This document shows positions 48,066-58,279 of a stretch of DNA of 64,000 nucleotides, one piece after another. The notes under the pieces are model-generated. The model worked only from the letters and a program-made list of their open reading frames with translations. It had not been told where the DNA came from and did not search any database. The translations under genes and the position numbers were made by a program. Within the stretch, counting starts at the first letter, position 1. Each line of letters begins with the position of its first letter. Source of the DNA: a virus; IMG/VR virus record IMGVR_UViG_3300035232_000745. One strand, given 5' to 3'.

Positions 48066-48298
48066 GCTGTGTTATAATGCTTTTTCCAAGCGGAACCAAT
48101 CGTGCCGAGTCCTGTACCAGAAAGATAAACCTGCCACATAATGCGAGATACTTCAACTGAAGTCGGTGCATTTTGAATGTCCAACTTCAGTTGTTGTAAT
48201 ACTAAAGGTTTAGTCTTTTTACCTAGCATGGAAATTGCTACTTCGCGTGCTTGGTTGATTTCGAGCTTATCAAGTGTTTGGAGTTTTTCTAGATTCAT
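48062..48298 (-). CDS. Hypothetical early protein
   Basis: ORF with AGGA SD and promoter. Confidence 0.7.
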   Translation of the reverse strand: MNLEKLQTLDKLEINQAREVAISMLGKKTKPLVLQQLKLDIQNAPTSVEVSRIMWQVYLSGTGLGTIGSAWKKHYNTA

Positions 48299-48325
48299 TA
48301 TACAATTCCTTTGTTTGATGATTCT

Positions 48326-48354
48326 ATTCTAACACGTATAAGCTCAAATGTCAA
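48326..48354 (-). promoter_or_regulatory. Early promoter TTGACA-N17-TAGAAT
   Basis: Consensus with extended -10; adjacent GANTC. Confidence 0.8.
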
Positions 48355-48359
48355 CCTTT

Positions 48360-48650
48360 TTATCGCGCGTACACGTACACATCTGCATGCGTAGCATAAG
48401 CTAATGGAAGAGAACAATCATAACCGCGACGATAACCTTTTACTTTTTCAGAGATATTTGCACGAGGTCCACGACCCTGAAGTTTAACTCGTTGAGGAGC
48501 ATCAGTGTCATATGCAAGATTACCCATCTTGACTACGAGCTTCAACCCATCAATAGCTGCCTGGTGTTCAGGTGCAACTTTACCGTTAATCATGTTAACA
48601 GTAAACTGATAAGCAGTTGATTGTCTTTCTGAATTGAATTGCGTTTTCAT
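48360..48650 (-). CDS. Conserved hypothetical protein
   Basis: RVKLQGRGPR...ADVYVY pattern. Confidence 0.7.
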   Translation of the reverse strand: MKTQFNSERQSTAYQFTVNMINGKVAPEHQAAIDGLKLVVKMGNLAYDTDAPQRVKLQGRGPRANISEKVKGYRRGYDCSLPLAYATHADVYVYAR

Positions 48651-48686
48651 AATATTATTTCCTTTGTTAAAGTTGATGTAGTTGTT

Positions 48687-49049
48687 CTACACTGATTCTG
48701 TTAAAGTGTCAACAGTGTTTTGAAACACTTTTAAAGCTTCTTCAAATGAAGCATAAGAGTTACTTGATAAGCCTTCTAGGCTTTTTGGATATTGAACATA
48801 TTCGTTATCGTATTTTCCGATTTGATAATGTTGCTTTACACAGTCATCATCTTCGTATATATCGTTTACTAAAGAATAACCTTTATATTCCATTATAAAC
48901 TCGTCAAAATATGATTTGTGATAAACGTCTTTTATCTGATAAGTGCCTGTCGGTTCCTTATCATTTGCTGTTATCAGTGCTAAAGCATCTTCTATACGAG
49001 ATGCAATAGCTACTGACTCTCTGCCAATCGATCTAATAATTGTAAACAT
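48687..49049 (-). CDS. Hypothetical protein
   Basis: 120-aa ORF coupled to upstream gene. Confidence 0.65.
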   Translation of the reverse strand: MFTIIRSIGRESVAIASRIEDALALITANDKEPTGTYQIKDVYHKSYFDEFIMEYKGYSLVNDIYEDDDCVKQHYQIGKYDNEYVQYPKSLEGLSSNSYASFEEALKVFQNTVDTLTESV

Positions 49050-49405
49050 TATGAGATTATTCCCTGTTCTTTAGCTGCAGCCATAACGATTGGTGTGAAA
49101 GCTTCTTCGATCAAATGCTCTACTTGATCCCAATTACCTTTGTTATAATATCCATAAGGTAAAGCTAAGTCACGCTTTTTAACGCCAAGAACTCTGCCGA
49201 TTTCTGAACCGCGATTACATAGAGCGTTATTGAATACATCATAGACAACATTCTGAGCTTTACGAAATTTCTCAAGAGCACGATTTTTACGAGGCGATTC
49301 AACTTGACCTTCGAATGGGACAAGTTCACCAAGCATATCTACGAGAGGCTTAGTTTCTGAAGTACATCCCCATGATGATTTATTTGGGTTCCACATGATT
49401 TTCAT
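49049..49405 (-). CDS. Hypothetical protein
   Basis: 118-aa ORF with AAGGA SD (start may be the second Met). Confidence 0.7.
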   Translation of the reverse strand: MKIMWNPNKSSWGCTSETKPLVDMLGELVPFEGQVESPRKNRALEKFRKAQNVVYDVFNNALCNRGSEIGRVLGVKKRDLALPYGYYNKGNWDQVEHLIEEAFTPIVMAAAKEQGIIS

Positions 49406-49427
49406 TCCTTTTTTATATTATAGAATC

Positions 49428-49456
49428 AGTATAATATATATTTAAGGTGATGTAAA
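49428..49456 (-). promoter_or_regulatory. Early promoter TTTACA-N17-TATACT followed by GATTCTA
   Basis: Hexamer match; same downstream motif as 31013-31041. Confidence 0.75.
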
Positions 49457-49460
49457 CCCT

Positions 49461-49706
49461 TTAATCGTAACCTCTATGTGCAACGTAATATAGTTCTTCG
49501 TTTAGTACTTCTGCTTCGCGAGCTTTATATGCTTGTTCAAATCCAATCATACCATACTCACTTCTTTCTGTATTATTCCAAAGTCTTTTGAAGTAACTAT
49601 CATAAAGTTGTTCTACAGTCTTATCACTTTCGGATTTATTAATTAGCTGACCTTTAATTAACCAGTTAAGACGATTGGCTTCTTTACGTACAAACGGTGT
49701 GCACAT
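49461..49706 (-). CDS. Hypothetical protein
   Basis: 81-aa ORF with strong GGAGG SD. Confidence 0.75.
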   Translation of the reverse strand: MCTPFVRKEANRLNWLIKGQLINKSESDKTVEQLYDSYFKRLWNNTERSEYGMIGFEQAYKAREAEVLNEELYYVAHRGYD

Positions 49707-49785
49707 TGTGGGACCTCCTGTAAACTATACAAGAGTATTTATCTTGATAAAGCCAATTTGTCACACCCTGTATGGCGCTAACATG

Positions 49786-50196
49786 CTATACTGCCTTATT
49801 TAAATCTCCGTGATTACCATCGTGATTAGGTGCTTCCCAACCTTCAGGCTTAATAAGATCTGGTAATCCGAAAGGGTTCGGCCTACCTTCTTTAACACCG
49901 ACATCTTTCGATACATTAGCTTTGTATACACGATCCCATGCTTCGTTTGCATCTACGCCGAATACATCTAATGTACCAATAGCAAATACACACATATCAA
50001 TTAAGCCGTCTACGATTTCTTCTGGATCTTTTGCTTCAACTGCATCGAGTGTTTCATCAAGTTCTTCTTTACACATAGACAAACGAAACTTAAGGTACTT
50101 ATCCATCAAGTCTTTATTATCTTTGTTTTCATCAAACCATTTGCGTACACCAAACCGGTTATGCATCATATAGATGTCGTTTACCCAATCGCTCAT
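49786..50196 (-). CDS. MazG-like / all-alpha NTP pyrophosphohydrolase
   Basis: EELDE...EIVDGLIDM...AWDRVYKANVSK...KPEGW. Confidence 0.85.
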   Translation of the reverse strand: MSDWVNDIYMMHNRFGVRKWFDENKDNKDLMDKYLKFRLSMCKEELDETLDAVEAKDPEEIVDGLIDMCVFAIGTLDVFGVDANEAWDRVYKANVSKDVGVKEGRPNPFGLPDLIKPEGWEAPNHDGNHGDLNKAV

Positions 50197-50223
50197 AGTA
50201 TATTCCTTTCATAACTTATTAGT

Positions 50224-50252
50224 ATTCTAACATGCGTAAGATCAAATGTCAA
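50224..50252 (-). promoter_or_regulatory. Early promoter TTGACA-N17-TAGAAT
   Basis: Consensus with extended -10. Confidence 0.8.
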
Positions 50253-50419
50253 TCATTTAGCTTATACAGATACTCTAACTCATCCTTAAGTTTTAGTTTA
50301 ACAATCTTAGCTTTTGTTATTGTTTCTTCTGGTGCTTTTTCGGCTTCTAATGTTTCAACAATAGAGTGCTGATGTTTGTGAGCCTTAGTAACTTCTTCTA
50401 TTCTGGTTTTGGTATTCAT
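50249..50419 (-). CDS. DUF465/YdcH-like small coiled-coil protein (56 aa, missing from ORF track)
   Basis: MNTKTRIEEVTKAHKHQH...AKIVKLKLKDEL; AGGAG SD. Confidence 0.65.
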   Translation of the reverse strand: MNTKTRIEEVTKAHKHQHSIVETLEAEKAPEETITKAKIVKLKLKDELEYLYKLND

Positions 50420-50427
50420 GATTACTC

Positions 50428-52968
50428 CTAAGCAAAAAAATCTTCTAACGTATTGACGTGTTCAGCATTCCAACCAACTGCTTCTAGAATAGCTTGCAAA
50501 GGGCTTAAGAATACTTTGTCGAATTGTTTTTCGTAATCGATATATTTGTTTAACCCAAGTTCTGGAGGTAAGACACCAGGGAAAGATATGATGTTCTCTC
50601 GTATTGGATTAGGCGTTTTTAGATATACGAACTTTATTTTGTCTCCACCTTTAATACTATCATACTTTTTATCTAAGCCGTTTTGTCTAAGATAGTGGTT
50701 ATAAAGTATCGAACCACGAACATGCATAGGACAGCCTTTTTTGTATAGAGATCCTGATCCTCTATCACGATATTTATCTATGTTGTCTGTGCCTGAATTC
50801 TTTGCAATGTCTTCAGCAGGAAGATTAAAGAACTTTGCTTTAAAGTCTGCGATAAATTCTTGAGTTTTTGTTTCACCTTCGTTCATAATAACCTTGAAAG
50901 ATTCTTTAAGTTTATCACGACATACTTCAGGCGTCGAAGACCTTACTGACTCTAAACCAGTAACTGATATCTTTGGCTCTTCATAGTGTACACCTTCTGA
51001 GTTAAGAGTATTCATAATGTAACGCTTCTTAGCGATGAAGACAGATTTATCAGTAATCTTTTCTCGTGCCATTTGCATAGCTTGACGATACGCACCCATC
51101 TTCTTTGCGAGTTCGATATAACCAGCTTCTAACACTGGTTCAATCTTCATCTGGCAAACTTTGTCAAGAAACTCTTCACCTTTCTTGCGGTCAACATCAA
51201 CAGTACCAAAGGCATTCTCTACGATTGGTGCCATATCAACATAGATAGAGTCTGTATCGATATAAACGATATAGTCTTTATCAGTCTTTAATATTTTATT
51301 TAGATAGTCATTAACTGCTTTCTGTCCATAACGAATAGACAATTGACCAGATGTAGTAATAGCTTCGGCCATGTCGTTAATATAGTATAGAAAGTAGATA
51401 TTTGCTGTAGCACCATACAAACTGTTCATAGCAATTTTGATAGCCATTTGAGAGTTATGTAATTGGTTTGCTTCACGCTTTAACAATTCTTTCTGTGCAG
51501 GATCAGTAGCATCTTCAAGATCTTGCTCTACTTTAAGCATTTTCTTCTTGATGATCTTACGATTACCGTAGTATTCATCAATGATGCTAGGAATTACACC
51601 TTGGAATTGATTAGTAAAACAAGCACCATTAGCACATACAGACATATCTTCTCTATTACTTTGGTACTGACCATTCAATACCATATCTTGTGTAACATGA
51701 TCTCGTTCTTCTGACAAATAAGTTTCGGGAGACATATTATATTGTAACATTAAGTGCGGATACAGAGAGTTAAGATCAAATGATACGATCCAAGGATGCA
51801 TACCTACACGTGGATCTTTAACATAACCACCTACAAGATCGCCAGCTCTTTGACCTGGGCCACCTTTGACTGGTGGAACACGGCCTTCGCTCATAAGTTT
51901 GCGATATAAAGTTGTTTCCCAAATACCAACTGTACCAAACGCATCGTTATAGTTTACACCACCGCCATATGCGACAGTCATAACGAGTTGGAGTAATGAG
52001 GTTTCATCTTCAAATCTTTGGATTAACCACGTGTCTTTAAGGTTATAGTCAAGATATAGTTGTGGATTTTGTTCGTATAACGCGTTAAGGTTACCATACT
52101 CAGAGTAATCTAATTTCTTTTCACCTAATACAACGTTAGCAATATGATCAAGCTTCCAAGACTCTTGCGGACCATACTTATAGCCAAACTTCTTAAAGCA
52201 ATCCATATAGTCAATGATAGAGACACCAGAAATCTCATATGTGTTTTGCATTTTACCATAGAACTCTCGGCCTGTTGGTCTAATGCTACGCCAAGGTGAT
52301 AGATCTTTTACCCATTCTTCACCGAATAAGTTCTTCATGCGAGTTATAAGATATTGTATATCAAAGTATTCTACGTTCCAACCAGTAACGATATCAGGAT
52401 AATTATTGATCCACAACTCTTTGAAGCGCTTAAGTAAAGCATGCTCAGTATCAAATTCCATGAAATGAATGTTATCTGGATCAAGATCTAGTAAAGTCTT
52501 ACTTTTGTCATAACCCTTGCGGCCAAGCAAGTGGTAATCAGAAGACTTCGAAGATTTGTAAGCTATAGATGTAATTTCTTTGTCAGCAGTATTAACATCT
52601 GGGTATCCTGTAGCGATATCAACCTCAATATCAAATGATACGATATTGATCAATGAAGGATCATATTTGATTTCACCTGGGTAATTTTCTTGAATAAACT
52701 GAGCTACATAGTTACTAGACCCTGCTATTTCAAAACCATGCACATCTTTATATTGTTCAATGTAATCCTTTGCATCACGCATCGAGTCCATCTTAGTGGG
52801 CTCTAGATATTTTCCAGAACTAAGAGACTTGTATTTAGTATCGTGCCTTACTCCTGTAAATAGTGTTGGTTGATACTTAACTCTGCGAGAAAAGCTTTTG
52901 CCATTCTCATAACCTCGCCAAAGGATATTGTTGCCGAAACGTTCGACTGATGTGTAAAATTTAGACAT
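50428..52968 (-). CDS. gp43: Family B DNA polymerase gp43
   Basis: [33 protein letters not shown]; uninterrupted. Confidence 0.98.
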   Translation of the reverse strand: MSKFYTSVERFGNNILWRGYENGKSFSRRVKYQPTLFTGVRHDTKYKSLSSGKYLEPTKMDSMRDAKDYIEQYKDVHGFEIAGSSNYVAQFIQENYPGEIKYDPSLINIVSFDIEVDIATGYPDVNTADKEITSIAYKSSKSSDYHLLGRKGYDKSKTLLDLDPDNIHFMEFDTEHALLKRFKELWINNYPDIVTGWNVEYFDIQYLITRMKNLFGEEWVKDLSPWRSIRPTGREFYGKMQNTYEISGVSIIDYMDCFKKFGYKYGPQESWKLDHIANVVLGEKKLDYSEYGNLNALYEQNPQLYLDYNLKDTWLIQRFEDETSLLQLVMTVAYGGGVNYNDAFGTVGIWETTLYRKLMSEGRVPPVKGGPGQRAGDLVGGYVKDPRVGMHPWIVSFDLNSLYPHLMLQYNMSPETYLSEERDHVTQDMVLNGQYQSNREDMSVCANGACFTNQFQGVIPSIIDEYYGNRKIIKKKMLKVEQDLEDATDPAQKELLKREANQLHNSQMAIKIAMNSLYGATANIYFLYYINDMAEAITTSGQLSIRYGQKAVNDYLNKILKTDKDYIVYIDTDSIYVDMAPIVENAFGTVDVDRKKGEEFLDKVCQMKIEPVLEAGYIELAKKMGAYRQAMQMAREKITDKSVFIAKKRYIMNTLNSEGVHYEEPKISVTGLESVRSSTPEVCRDKLKESFKVIMNEGETKTQEFIADFKAKFFNLPAEDIAKNSGTDNIDKYRDRGSGSLYKKGCPMHVRGSILYNHYLRQNGLDKKYDSIKGGDKIKFVYLKTPNPIRENIISFPGVLPPELGLNKYIDYEKQFDKVFLSPLQAILEAVGWNAEHVNTLEDFFA

Positions 52969-52995
52969 GGGATTCCTTATTCATAATATAGAATG

Positions 52996-53024
52996 ATAGT
53001 ACCATTAAAGCACGAGTTTGTAAA
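52996..53024 (-). promoter_or_regulatory. Promoter TTTACA-N17-TACTAT for gp43
   Basis: Hexamer match with extended -10 TG. Confidence 0.7.
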
Positions 53025-53027
53025 CAA

Positions 53028-53249
53028 TTACTTCTTGTATTCCATCTCTGTAATGATTTCGTCGCCCTCTTTATCATTTGCGATACTTAGGGCCATAGCT
53101 TGTATGTCTTCTATCAATGCATTACAAGCTGCGTGGTCGTATTCTTTATAAGAAATCTCAGCAAATTCGTTTCTAACACGGTGTAACAGTATTGCTTTGT
53201 CTTTCATTACACCTATTCTTTTAATTAGATCTTCGATAGAATGACGCAT
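53028..53249 (-). CDS. Hypothetical protein
   Basis: 73-aa ORF with AGGAG SD. Confidence 0.75.
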   Translation of the reverse strand: MRHSIEDLIKRIGVMKDKAILLHRVRNEFAEISYKEYDHAACNALIEDIQAMALSIANDKEGDEIITEMEYKK

Positions 53250-53257
53250 TTTTTCTC

Positions 53258-54970
53258 CTAGCTTGATATCTCACTAAAGTTCTTAACCTTTTTGAAGTTA
53301 AGGTGATGATCAAATTTGTCACCGAACTGATCACCTCTATGTGATATTACAAAAATATTATCATCTGAATTTAGGTTATGTAATGTATCTATAAGATTTT
53401 CAATACCCACACCATCCAATGCACCATCTAAAGTTTCATCTAACAATAATAAATTTGTCGCTACAGAATTACGAAGCTTTGCAACTGCTCTCCATGCTAA
53501 CATGATTGATAATGAAATTCTAAGTTTCTCTCCTTCTGAGAATGATGCATAAGAAAAAGTGTCACGAAATCTAGACTTAATCGTTTCATTGAAGTTTTCA
53601 TCTAATTGGAAATCAACAAACAAGTCAAAAGCACCGAGGTACTTATTGATTAACTTATTCATTACGGGTATATATTGACGAATAATACGTGTTTTAATAC
53701 CACCATCTTTCAACATAGCAGATACAACAGTTAAGATCTCTTTATGATTAAACAATTCTTGTTGGTCTACTTCAAATTTCTTAAGATTAGTAGCATGAGT
53801 TTCAATTGTAGAAGCATCTACTGCTTGAACTTCTTCTTCAGCTTTATCTAGTTCATTCTTATATGAAACTAAAGCATTCTTAGCAACCTTGATTGTCGCA
53901 CGTTGGTCACCGATAGCAAGATTAATATCTCTCATTTGATCTTCAAGTACCGATATAGACTCGAGACGATCATCATAAGTCTTTGCTTTTGCAGCAAGCT
54001 TTTCTAATCCTTCTTCTAATTCAATAATTTTCTCATCCTTCTCAACAATGATACTAGCTTTAAAAGAATGTTCAATACCTTGTTTACATGTAGGACAATC
54101 ATCATTATCGTGGTAGAATGATACTTCTTTTTTATGAGAACGAATTTGGCTTTCAATATCTCTACGTAATGATTTAGCTTTTTCGGATTTTGCTTTCATT
54201 TCGGGTTTATCTTCAATGTCATCTAAAATGATATCTAAAGTAGCGTTTTGAGCTTTCATAATAGTTTTTGCTTTTTCAATAGCATCAATATGTACAGACA
54301 TTTTTTCTTTAATCTTATCAACCTCTTCGGTCTTAATAGCACGAATAGACTTGTTATGTTCTTTTGCAGACTCAAGCTTAGATTCCGTAAGATCCATCTG
54401 ATAACTATTTTCGTTAATTGAGTCCTTATTACTAGATACTCTATCTTTAAGTAATGTATTCATTGTACTAAAGACTTGAATGTCAAGCAGGTCTTCAATG
54501 ATATCTCGTCTTGTTCCAGTTGGTAATTCCATAAAAGGTACATAAGTTGCAGAACCGAGAATAACAATCTGGTTAAAAGATTTAAAGTTTAAGTTAAGAA
54601 TGTTTTGTTCAAGATAAGCTTGATAATCCTTTGAAGCTGCATCTTGATTTAAGAGTTCTCCATTCTTCCATATCTCAAATACGTTTGGTTTAATGCCTCG
54701 ACGTATCATGAAAGTATTTTTACCTATCTTAAAGTTAACTTCAACTAAGGTTTCTTTTGCGTTTATCGTATTAATCAACTGGTTCTTATTAACCTTACGA
54801 AATGCTTTACCGTAAAGGGCAAATACTATGGCATCTAAAAGAGTAGATTTACCACTGCCATTAGTACCGGAAATAAGAGTTGTTCTATTCTTATCAAGTT
54901 CAACCTTTGTCCAAGCATTGCCAGAAGATAACAGGTTTTTATACTTAATATTTTGAAATAATATTTTCAT
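53258..54970 (-). CDS. gp46: Recombination endonuclease subunit gp46 (Rad50/SbcC)
   Basis: GTNGSGKS, CPTC hook, FSEGE, LLDE. Confidence 0.96.
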   Translation of the reverse strand: MKILFQNIKYKNLLSSGNAWTKVELDKNRTTLISGTNGSGKSTLLDAIVFALYGKAFRKVNKNQLINTINAKETLVEVNFKIGKNTFMIRRGIKPNVFEIWKNGELLNQDAASKDYQAYLEQNILNLNFKSFNQIVILGSATYVPFMELPTGTRRDIIEDLLDIQVFSTMNTLLKDRVSSNKDSINENSYQMDLTESKLESAKEHNKSIRAIKTEEVDKIKEKMSVHIDAIEKAKTIMKAQNATLDIILDDIEDKPEMKAKSEKAKSLRRDIESQIRSHKKEVSFYHDNDDCPTCKQGIEHSFKASIIVEKDEKIIELEEGLEKLAAKAKTYDDRLESISVLEDQMRDINLAIGDQRATIKVAKNALVSYKNELDKAEEEVQAVDASTIETHATNLKKFEVDQQELFNHKEILTVVSAMLKDGGIKTRIIRQYIPVMNKLINKYLGAFDLFVDFQLDENFNETIKSRFRDTFSYASFSEGEKLRISLSIMLAWRAVAKLRNSVATNLLLLDETLDGALDGVGIENLIDTLHNLNSDDNIFVISHRGDQFGDKFDHHLNFKKVKNFSEISS

Positions 54971-56031
54971 TAGATATTTTGTGCTTCCGAATATAGTTCA
55001 TCAATCAATTCTTTGATCCTTACTTTGTCTGCTTTAGTGTCTATCGATCTAACATAATCATGTAGAATATCTTTGGTATCTTTAGTTTCATCCAAGATAT
55101 CATCTACACCACTATCTTCTAAATCTAACGAATCGTCAACAGATTTTACGTCTGCAGCACCTCCGTCTGTTAACTTATTAATGAACAAATCATATATGTA
55201 AGGATTAGTTCTATTTTTAACTATGACTTTGATATAAGCATCTTTGATGTTAGTCATATCAAGATTAGCTATATCTTCGATAGTCATGTCCTTATCGTCA
55301 TAATCAATCTTATGATATATCGCAAATGGATTTAGAACCCAATTAAGATTGCGAGTTTCAGTATCAAGAACTCTAAACCCACGTTTACCTTGATAATCTG
55401 ACCATGTCATTTCATAAGGTGCACCTAAATAATTAATATTACCATATTCAGATGGGTGATGGAAGTGTCCAGAATAAACTTGTTCATAAGAAGTAAACAA
55501 CTCTTTAGATAAGCCGTGATCACATATAGCACCTTTCAACATTTCAAATCCAACGATATCAAAGTGGCCCATACATATATGAGCGTTAGAATTTCGTATA
55601 GCTTCCAAAGATGTTTCTGAGTTTGTTTTCGTGATCCACGGTACCATAATAACATTAGTTGATCCAAATGTCAATTCTACTGGTTCATCTCTGTATATAT
55701 TAAAGTTTTCATACTCTTGAAGTAGTAAATCCATTGAGTTTACTTCATTTGTGTTCGTATAATAAACTGAGTGATTACCTACTACAGCATGATATTCTAT
55801 ACCCCGTGATTGAAGCTGATCAAAGAAAAACTTCTTTGCTCTTCCGAGTGTTACGTAGTTAATATACTTTCTTCTATCAAATGTATCTCCTAGATCTAAC
55901 ACCGTATCGATTTCGTGTTTATCTAAATACGGAAAGAATATCTCATTAAAGAAACGTTCTTGATGATCTAAGAATATCTTTGAATCACCTCTTACTCCGA
56001 GGTGCATATCTGTGATGATAGCTATCTTCAT
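54970..56031 (-). CDS. gp47: Recombination endonuclease subunit gp47 (Mre11/SbcD)
   Basis: TDMHLG, GDTFD, GNH, SGHFH. Confidence 0.96.
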   Translation of the reverse strand: MKIAIITDMHLGVRGDSKIFLDHQERFFNEIFFPYLDKHEIDTVLDLGDTFDRRKYINYVTLGRAKKFFFDQLQSRGIEYHAVVGNHSVYYTNTNEVNSMDLLLQEYENFNIYRDEPVELTFGSTNVIMVPWITKTNSETSLEAIRNSNAHICMGHFDIVGFEMLKGAICDHGLSKELFTSYEQVYSGHFHHPSEYGNINYLGAPYEMTWSDYQGKRGFRVLDTETRNLNWVLNPFAIYHKIDYDDKDMTIEDIANLDMTNIKDAYIKVIVKNRTNPYIYDLFINKLTDGGAADVKSVDDSLDLEDSGVDDILDETKDTKDILHDYVRSIDTKADKVRIKELIDELYSEAQNI

Positions 56032-56588
56032 TTTTCATCGATCTCGTCAATTACTTCTTGAATATCAACTTCTTCATCTGCATTCTTTTTCTTTGCTTTA
56101 TCTCTTGCAATCTTATCTTCATAATCTTGAACAAAGGAATTCATATAATCTGCAGAAGTTGTTAAGTTAAGAGTAACGTCTTCTCCACCAGCATAAGTTC
56201 CACCAGTTGCAATCATCTGTTGCGAAGATTTAAAACGAATATACATTTGTTTCTTTTCTTTTTGAATGCGACGTAAGAAAGCAAACCAAATAATTTGTGT
56301 AAAATACGCAAAAGGATTTTGAGATTTTTCAGGATTAAAGTTACCCATATATAATAGGCAATTTTCAATTCCGTCTGATATCATATCATCTTTATATGAG
56401 TAACCACTGAAATTTGGTTTTGTTGCAAGTCTTGTTGCAATCTGATAGATGCACTTACCAATGTAGTCAGGACATCTTGGTTTCTCGTCACCAGCATCTT
56501 CTGCTTCAACGCATAATTTTTTGTATTGTATTAATGCTTCAAGAAAGTCTGCATTATTAACATAGTTCTTCTTCGCTCTTTTAGCCAT
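56028..56588 (-). CDS. gp55: Late-transcription sigma factor gp55
   Basis: YVNNADF...NFSGYSYKDDMISDGIENC...NPFAYFTQI..AFLRRIQKEKKQ. Confidence 0.96.
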   Translation of the reverse strand: MAKRAKKNYVNNADFLEALIQYKKLCVEAEDAGDEKPRCPDYIGKCIYQIATRLATKPNFSGYSYKDDMISDGIENCLLYMGNFNPEKSQNPFAYFTQIIWFAFLRRIQKEKKQMYIRFKSSQQMIATGGTYAGGEDVTLNLTTSADYMNSFVQDYEDKIARDKAKKKNADEEVDIQEVIDEIDEK

Positions 56589-56631
56589 TTTAGAACACTA
56601 GCCTCCTCCGTATATTTGGGTTGTTATATAA

Positions 56632-56660
56632 AATGTACAGCGAAATTGTTAATTTGTACA
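56632..56660 (-). promoter_or_regulatory. Putative promoter TGTACA-N17-TACATT for gp55
   Basis: Hexamer spacing; extended -10 TG absent. Confidence 0.45.
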
Positions 56661-56675
56661 CTTTTTATTTTTTTG

Positions 56676-56703
56676 TTGACATTTTTGGAATGCCGAGTAT
56701 AAT
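56676..56703 (+). promoter_or_regulatory. Orphan perfect sigma70 promoter TTGACA-N16-TATAAT facing the uvsW 3' end
   Basis: Exact hexamers with an upstream T-tract; no sense ORF downstream. Confidence 0.7.
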
Positions 56704-56727
56704 AGGCTTATCGCCTTTAAAATAATA

Positions 56728-58218
56728 TTATATATCTATGGTATAGATCTTCATTGCGAATTGCTCTTGGCCGTAAATCTCAACTCTTTTTCTAAAGTGT
56801 GTTAAGGTATAGTTAGAATATGCTCCAACGCTAAGATCGTCGGCAATATCGTATAGAGTTGCTTTATCAGCATCATTACCCTTTCTCAAGGTTCTTCCTA
56901 TCGATTGCAAAACCTTAACTTCAGATTTAGATCCTGAAGCAAAGATAACATTATCAAGCTTTTTTAAGTTTACACCAGTCGAAAACACACCATAAGATGC
57001 AAGAATATCGTGTTGTTTAATAGGATCATTTTCTATTAAATGACGTATACGTTCTCTTTCGTCGCCCTTAGTTGCACCATATATGAAGTGTAATTGACGA
57101 TCATCTTTGCGAAGCATAGGTTCAAGTATTTTACCATGCTTTTCTACTAAATCAAATAATACTAAATTATTCTGATCTTTTAAAGACCAAAGAAGATTAC
57201 GAATGAATAAGTTTCTCTTCTCGTGGTTTACCAAATATTCGCGCTCTGCCGGATATTTCTTACTAGCACTATCTATCTTAGATATAGCTTTCTTAAATGC
57301 TTTACGATTTTCTGCACTATGAGATAATACAATTGCTTTAATATTAAAGTCGGCAACAGTACCAGCATCCATTAAATCTTTAGTTGTAACATGTTTTCTT
57401 ACAGAACCAAAACAACCTTCAAGAACTAATCTATGAGTTTTACTCTCTTCTGATTTAAGAGTACCAGTAAATCCATGTCTATAATAACATTCGTCTAACG
57501 ATTCCATAATTTTTTGTAATGATTTTGCTTGGAATAGATGCGCCTCATCTCCTAATACAACTTTAAACTGAGAGAACCAATCTTTATTTAGTTTTATCAA
57601 TGATTGCCAAGTGCTAATAACGATAGGAGCATCAGTATTCTTATCAATTCCACCTTGGATTTTATACATCATTGATGGATCACATCCATAATCAACGAAA
57701 TCGCCATACATCTGATGTACCAATCCAATCGTTGGAACAATAATAAGAGTTCTATGGTCGTAATTTCTAAAGTAATGTTGTTGTATTAAGTAGATTATAA
57801 GTGATTTACCAGAAGAAGTAGGAGATAAAGAAAGCGATCTACTATCTCTTAACGCATCTACAATATATTTGTTTTGATAATCTCTTGGTTCAAATTTGCA
57901 ATTTATTTCTTTTGCAATTTCATATCCATAATTTTCTGGTATATCTTCGCCAAAAAGTAAATGATCAGAAGCCCGCAATTCGTAACCTCTATCTTCACAG
58001 AATTTTTTTAATTTATGAAATAATCCTACATATAGAATAGGTTTCATGGCATTGAATATTCTTATCCAACCATCCCAAACTCTATTCTTAAATGCAGGTG
58101 AGAACTGATAATTATTAGGTTGAAATCTGAAATACTGCTCAAGCTCCATCTTAATACCTGAGTCGGCAGTAATCCGAAGATGAACAGCATTAATCTGTTC
58201 TACATTCACAATTTCCAT
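56728..58218 (-). CDS. uvsW: SF2 helicase UvsW
   Basis: PRDYQ, PTSSGKS, DEAH, TGT, QSIGRTLR. Confidence 0.95.
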   Translation of the reverse strand: MEIVNVEQINAVHLRITADSGIKMELEQYFRFQPNNYQFSPAFKNRVWDGWIRIFNAMKPILYVGLFHKLKKFCEDRGYELRASDHLLFGEDIPENYGYEIAKEINCKFEPRDYQNKYIVDALRDSRSLSLSPTSSGKSLIIYLIQQHYFRNYDHRTLIIVPTIGLVHQMYGDFVDYGCDPSMMYKIQGGIDKNTDAPIVISTWQSLIKLNKDWFSQFKVVLGDEAHLFQAKSLQKIMESLDECYYRHGFTGTLKSEESKTHRLVLEGCFGSVRKHVTTKDLMDAGTVADFNIKAIVLSHSAENRKAFKKAISKIDSASKKYPAEREYLVNHEKRNLFIRNLLWSLKDQNNLVLFDLVEKHGKILEPMLRKDDRQLHFIYGATKGDERERIRHLIENDPIKQHDILASYGVFSTGVNLKKLDNVIFASGSKSEVKVLQSIGRTLRKGNDADKATLYDIADDLSVGAYSNYTLTHFRKRVEIYGQEQFAMKIYTIDI

Positions 58219-58279
58219 AATAAAAAATCTCCAATTCGTATACTATAGTCCTATTTATGTGTATACGCCAGGCTGGAAA

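Noticed and set aside
49707-49785. Possible tRNA/ncRNA in intergenic gaps
   Set aside because: No cloverleaf or T-loop (GTTCRA) pattern; the gap contains only an SD and a GATAAATA late-promoter variant
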